A stretch of DNA of 63,385 nucleotides, the filler included, from Klebsormidium nitens (taxonomy: Eukaryota; Plantae; Klebsormidiophyceae): NCBI GenBank assembly GCA_000708835.1. It is 7 parts of 6 records of this genome, joined end to end, with 100 filler letters (N's around TTAATTAATTAA, not from the genome) between each part and the next. Parts side by side here need not be neighbours in the genome. Positions count along the whole stretch, not along the records: positions 54,851 to 63,385 come from DF238012.1; 6 more parts are not named here. One strand, given 5' to 3'. Shown here piece after piece: positions 58,001-63,385 of the stretch. The translations under genes and the position numbers were made by a program. The notes beneath the pieces were generated by a model. It was not told the DNA's origin. It saw nothing but the letters and a program-made list of their open reading frames with translations, and searched no databases. The stretch's first letter is position 1; every line of letters begins with the position of its first letter.

Positions 58001-60124
58001 TCGGCGCACTCCGAGCCGGCCTTATGACCCACAGATACACGCATTGCGAGCAAACCCCAAAGGTTTCTCCTAGGGCAAGTACTTTGCAATCCAATTCTGA
58101 AAAAAGGTTAGGATCCTCTGTGTTATCTGTGGGTGCCTTCGTACTGCCTTCTCCGTTTTCGCTTCAAAGCCTCCCGCTCCTATTGAAGTCTTTGCTCTCT
58201 TGCTCACAGGCGATCGAGGTGGTGCGGACATCCTCCACGCTCTCCATAATGCGAGGGGTATGAAGGTCGCCTTTGCACCTGGCTCGGTGATGAAGTTCTG
58301 TTATTGGAGCGGGCGCAATTGGAGGTGGGACGAATTGGATCAAGTCATCACCCACGTGTTCCAGGACCAGCTCTTGCGTGTTAAACGGGAGTTCGTCGAT
58401 CACTGCACGGCAAACGACCTCGATGAGCCAAAAAAATACACGGACTTCCGCTCGAACGCACAGATGAACAACATAGTCACCACAGCGAAACGCCTCTTCC
58501 GCAATCAGGCCTTTGTGGGCGGCCTCGATCAGGACCTCGATATTTTTCCTCTTGGAAACGGCGTCCTCGATATCCCGTCGGCCACCCTTCGGCCCCATCA
58601 TCCTCGTTTCATGATCAGTCTGATCCACGACAAGCTCGATTGGCCCGATACCGGCCTCCACACCCCGCTCACCGACTTCGAGCCGTTCATATGCGAGGTG
58701 ATCGGCAAAAATGTGAAGTACTTCCAGGTGCTCATGGGGTACATGCTTACGGGGCAGACGAACATGCAGTTTGTCTGCTTCTGGGTCGGCGCTGGTGAGT
58801 AGTTTTTTCCACCTCTCTCTCGCTCTATTGCCTCTCTCCCTGCTAAGTCCACTGTAGTTTTGAGCACCACTCAATCCTCCTTGTTTGAAGTTCCCTCCAC
58901 TTCCCCTTCTTGGCTCATTCCTCCCTCCGGACGTTGCTCGCAAACGCTTGTACTACGAAGCTTGTGTTAAGCGGCTCAATGGCCTGTCTGATGTAGGAGC
59001 CAACGGCAAGAGCACTTTGAACAACATCTGCCAAGAGGTGCTGGGTCCGTGGTATAGAGACGTCGGCAAGAGCCTGCTAATGACCAGTAGCAAGGACCAG
59101 AAATCCAGCGCGGGAGCCGCATCGCCGCATCTAGCAGGTATGAATGATTCACCTTATGACATCGACGGATATGTGAGTAGTTGCCTTGCAACCTGCGGCA
59201 TGATGGAGCTTCGACAGAGTGCACCTTTGTCCCTCAAAAAGGATCGTCTGACGCCTGAATCAACTTGCTTGTCTTCGTCCATGCAGTCCTGAAGGATGCG
59301 CGGCTGGTCATTACCGAAGAAAGCGATGATATGGATCACATCGACAAGACGTCTTTCAAGAAGCTGAGTGCCGCCCGGAAGCTCACCTTCCGCAAGCTAT
59401 ATGAAGACGTCTCGACCTGCAACATGACACACAAGGTGATTGGACCACTCTAGCTCCCCTCCCCTCCCGACGGGTGCTGAGTTTATGAAGGGGAGTTTCT
59501 GAGTGTCAACATTCATTCGTCCTGGACGCGTGCTCTACTTTGATTCCTCTGACCAATCTTGTGCACCTTCCTTTGCAGCACGTCGTGCTGACGCAGCAGC
59601 TCCCGCACGTGGATCCGGACATTGGGATCATCCGACGGATCATGATCGTCACATTCCTTATGCGCTACTTCCATGATCGCGAGGCGGGGTTCGACAGGAA
59701 TAACCCCCTACACAAACGGGTAGATCCGACCATGGAGACCCGGATGTTGGAGCCTCGCGTGATTCAGCAAGCGCTAGTTTGGATGGTCATCGGGGCAAAG
59801 AAATACTACGAAGCAGGGAAGTCGGTCGGAGCGGTTCCGGCTGAGTTCTTGCAGGCGTTGGAAGAATACGTGCGGGAGGAAGACAAAGTTGGGACGTTTG
59901 TCGAAGAGTATTGCGAGCTCGGTCCGCAAGCGACCCACCGAGTTCGACAGTCCGTGTTCGTGGATGTATACAATCGCGAGATGGGATCCGCTGTTCAGCC
60001 AAGGCACCCAAGCTTTTGGAAGAACTTTCTCAAGGCCTTCCCGTCGGTGCAGAGACTTGAGAATAAAAAGAGCGGCGGGAACATCCTTGCTGGGATCAGG
60101 CTGAAGGGCGATGGGGCCGTGTAG
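55059..60124 (+). CDS. Intron-containing viral-type primase-helicase: AEP/PrimPol + Zn finger + D5_N + SF3 helicase (>=974 aa, 5' end missing)
   Basis: Exons 55059-55139, 55431-56303, 56631-56702, 57113-57133, 57360-57816, 58210-58794, 58997-59137, 59287-59435 and 59579-60124 sum to 2925 nt, phase-consistent. AEP motifs RIYNDLD, KYSRH, DPKPY..QCWRTLYSSK; CPF..HSSN..C..C; Walker A GAG|ANGKST; Walker B LVITEE; IIRRI. Confidence 0.9.
56740..57302 (-). repeat. Iteron-like array in inverted orientation, about 5 copies, in primase-helicase introns
   Basis: cttgcccccttgcccccttac units near 56763, 56915, 57018, 57205 and 57290; interrupted by a 20-N gap. Confidence 0.85.
58027..58134 (+). mobile_element. 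108-bp MITE-like hairpin element, copy 1 (in a helicase intron)
   Basis: Ends ACCCACAGATACAC / GTGTTATCTGTGGGT are inverted repeats; other copies at 61366-61473 and 62855-62962. Confidence 0.7.
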
Positions 60125-60419
60125 CTCATCGACAGAAATAGACGCGAGCTTTGGTAGACGCATGTACATATTGTAAATTGAACAGTGAAACGAGTGTTTC
60201 TTCTGGTGATCCTTACCAAAACTGAACTTCCCGTATGCATGCAGCATCTGAACGATGATGACACCATCTATGCCTATCCACACGGTCTGCTCATCTGCAT
60301 CGAGATTGCTATCTCTTGCCCTACTTAGGGCTTTGGTCCCCAGATATGAGTCATATCTATTCGCTCTGCTGGAATTTACTACTTACGAAGTAATAGGGGC
60401 TCACAATTACCATAGAATC

Positions 60420-61015
60420 ATGCTGCTGTACATCGGCGCCGGCTCCGACGTTCGCCCGATCACTGACCTCCCTTACGAGCATTTTCTCTACGTTGATGCG
60501 CTCCCCAATAAACCGCACATAGGCCCGAGCACGGCGGCTATCCTTTTTATAAGGACGAAGAAGCCCTTGTTCATACTCTGGAGACGGAACTCGCTGATTC
60601 TGGGTGCGTCATCGATTCCAAAGTCAAGCTATCGCCGACCGTGTACCGGTACTCGATCGACGGTGACAAGGTTCAGACGTACGCCATCAATACGCTGGAC
60701 GAGCGCGCGCACGAGGTCCCGGAAGTGGCTTCACTGCTTCCAACTATCTCCGCTGTTTTCTTGGCGGGATACGCGCCTATTTTCAACGGTCTGCTTCCCA
60801 GCCTGAAGACCATTTACGCCTCCCCGATCGTGGAAGACATGCTCTACGACGAGTGGACGAAGCAATTTTGCAAGGGGCGGGAGGTCGAATGGCTTCGCGT
60901 GTACGATTCCGATTGCTCGGATAGAGACGTCTTCGACAAGCTTCCAACGTGGTCGGATGACTCGGAGTACTCGGAGAGCCAGTATTCGGACAGTCAGCAT
61001 TCCGACATTGAGTGA
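60420..61015 (+). pseudogene. Frameshifted virus-type hypothetical gene with a SAM-binding-like N-terminus
   Basis: MLLYIGAGSDVRPI..FLYVDALP shifts frame near 60520 into EHGGYPFYKDEEALV...YRYSIDG...SDIE*. Confidence 0.55.
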
Positions 61016-61365
61016 ACCGCTTATCAGACATAGAGAGATTTTTTAGGTAGATTGTTAGGAGAACGACGAATAAAGACATTGATTTGAGCCTAAATGTATG
61101 CTTCAATGTTCCACAAGCATTGACTCACATGCAAGAACCCTCTGGTGCTTTTTCAACCAGGGCTTGCGAATGGATGCATGGCTGCACAAACGAGACCCCC
61201 TCGACCCAAAGCTCATTATTGGTTCTCTGCCACTGCGACGAAATGGCGGGTTCGACAATCGAGCTGCGAGGATTCGAGCTCCTTTGGGTTACCACACATG
61301 CACTCGCGCCGCTCAGAAGGAGACAAAAGCGAGAGTGTCACGCGAGATGGGCAGATTGGGGACGG

Positions 61366-61473
61366 ACCCACAGATACACGCGGCGCGACCAAACCCCAAA
61401 GGTTTTTTCTAGGGGCAGTACTTTGCAAACCAATTCTGAAAAAAGGTTTGGATCTTCTGTGTAACGCGTGGGT
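61366..61473 (+). mobile_element. 108-bp MITE-like element, copy 2
   Basis: Aligns end to end with 58027-58134. Confidence 0.7.
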
Positions 61474-61839
61474 GTCTAAGTACAGCCTTTTGCATCTTCC
61501 CTCCCGACCCCCCCTCGAGCCGATTCGAAAATGGCGGCACGGCCTTCGGAGCGGATCGATATGCGGTCGAAGGGCTCGAGAATGGCGAGGGTGGCCCTCA
61601 GTCGAGGGACTCCGTTGGCAGAGGGCGCCCTCTGACGCCCTCGTTTGTGCCCAACCGAATGCTGCAGCCGCCCGAGCAATCGTCTGTGGATGCTGAAGCA
61701 GGTACCTTCAAGTTTTCCGGTCCCAACGAGCGTAAAGAAAAGACGAAAAGTACTGCCGTCAAGTTGCGAGAATTTTCGAGGGGATCTAGGAGGCAAAAGG
61801 GGCATGTCCTATCCTATCAGCAGCTTAGGGGAATGATGC

Positions 61840-63385
61840 ATGTACAGAATGAGTCAAAGCATGACGGAGACTCAGAAGGAGCGCGCGGATGGAGCGCCCG
61901 GATGGGAGTTGCGAGCTGACGGGAGAATTTTTGCGTGCTTGCTAGTGCACCCCCCGGGTGCGACGAGCTGCGAGAACGAATATGCTTCGAAGCAAGGGCT
62001 TGAGATGCATCGCAGGCGGATGGCCGTGCAAGAGCCCAGCCTGCCAAGCCGACGGACCGTCTCGAGATTTTTTGGGCTCGACGAGCAGGAAGCGAAGCTG
62101 CTGAAGGCGAGCCGCAACGACTCGTACGTCGCGAACTACCGCCGCACTGCAAAGGGGAGGCTCGCAACATTTCGTGCGAGTCATTCGAAAGAGCTGCAGC
62201 TGCGTGCAATGGAAGCTCTGCCGTATCCAGAGCCACTCCCGCCGCCCGCCTATCTGCCTCCCCCCATCTCCTGGCTCCTGAGCAAGAGGCCGATTCCTGC
62301 GGAGGGCTTGACGGACCTCTTCGCGAGCACCGCAGGCGGACTCAAGATCGACCATCGGACTTGGAGTCTTCAATATCACCCCGATCACGTGCAGGTGAGC
62401 CGACAACACGGATTGATATACTGAACACAGCTGTACACTTTCGACCGAACACCCATTCAACCCTTTTTGAAAATATGTTAGTCTGTACAGCTTTGTGTGC
62501 CTTTTCACTCTCAAAAACCTGATTATACTTGTGAATGTACACTTATTACTTGAAACATCTGTGTTTTCCGTGAACATTCCTTTTGGACCCATCGAAAGTC
62601 GATGAGAACAATTCGAAGTCTTTTCTCCGCCCCGTCTCCCTCCAAGACGTCTGAAGGCCAAACGGGCTCGACCCCAAAAGCAACAGAGGAGTCGAGCGAG
62701 ACATGTCGGCCACCATTCAAGCATTTCTAATGCACTTCGTCGCTCAAACGAGCTCGTTCTAAGTCCATCCGGCTGGCTTCGGTCGCACCCTGACGAGGAA
62801 ACGCAAGAACTTTGAAAGGATGTTGCTTTTCTTTGAGAAGAGCAATCTCGAGGCACCCACGCATTACACAGAGGATCCAAACCTTTTTTAAGAATTGGAT
62901 TGCAATCTACTAGGCCTAGGAGAAGCCTTTGGGGTTTGCTCGCAATGCGTGTATCTGTGGGTCGTCCAGATCCCATGCATGATTGGTTCGACCTTCGATA
63001 TCAGCCAACAGCGTGCGCCTTTTTTGCAGGTCAAGAACCCAACCGCCATCGAGGCCTTTGAGAAGCATCACGGCTACTTCATGGATGACGAGCTTCAGGG
63101 GCTCGACTCATCGGCGCGTGCTCAGAAGGTCCTCTCGATCTACTCGACCATGCTCTTTGCGCCCCTCAACGAGCACCGCTTCGGCCCCGGCACCGTGGCG
63201 CAAAAGCTCGGCGTTTTCGAGTGGAGGTGGTGGCTGAGAGGGGAGTCCGATTTGATCCGGGATTATCACACGTATTTGCATCAAATCGGTGCGCACGATG
63301 CTGCTGCAAAAGCGGCCAGAGCAGCTGTGAATGCGGCGCGCGAGCGGTGGTTTGAGAGGGAGATCGATATCAAGTTCAAATGTTC
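61840..63385 (+). CDS. Spliced protein with a C2H2-like segment and an HPD motif, running off the window
   Basis: ORF 61840-62394 (CENEYASKQGLEMH; WSLQYHPDHVQ) has donor gtgagc at 62395, phase-0 acceptor at 63029, and an open frame VKNPTAIEAF... to the window end. Confidence 0.6.
62855..62962 (-). mobile_element. 108-bp MITE-like element, copy 3 (inverted, intronic)
   Basis: Reverse complement aligns with copies 1 and 2. Confidence 0.7.

Overview
This is eukaryotic DNA with GT-AG spliceosomal introns and a CCCTAAA-type telomere-like tract; a green alga or streptophyte host is my inference. It is made of seven contigs joined by artificial 100-bp N+TTAATTAATTAA+N linkers (10906, 18008, 24349, 38716, 43252, 54751), so adjacency across those linkers is not evidence of linkage. 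Manual splicing reveals what the ORF track hides. (1) A three-copy gene family (12325+, 30305-, 38504-) has a conserved N-terminal 'header' (basic, RGRP-like start, CxxC..CxxH finger, coiled coil) ending in a 2A/StopGo-like motif: LLMIGGVERNPGP, LLTIGGVESNPGP, and a decayed LLLIGCVERHPGQ. Each copy carries a different C-terminal cargo: a Crinkler-type NTPase plus restriction-endonuclease-like domain (9 exons, 1054 aa, frame fully consistent), a virus/phage-type WDGGEKFY domain, or low-complexity exons. (2) A virus-type AEP primase-Zn finger-D5/SF3 helicase gene is split by at least 8 introns and has inverted iteron-like GGGGGCAAG arrays in its introns. (3) A Polinton-like-virus-type cassette contains a tyrosine recombinase, a GIY-YIG nuclease, small DPEYREK proteins and a TGTAGGGT/ACCCTACA array. 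(4) A JmjC/C5HC2 histone-demethylase-like gene is followed by a minisatellite, a telomere-like tract and a cluster of giant-virus-like genes (MYND, HPD-motif coiled coil, EsV-1-7-repeat endonuclease). (5) Copia remnants are also present. No capsid gene, rRNA, tRNA or CRISPR array was recognised. All family assignments come from motif recognition by eye, not database searches.
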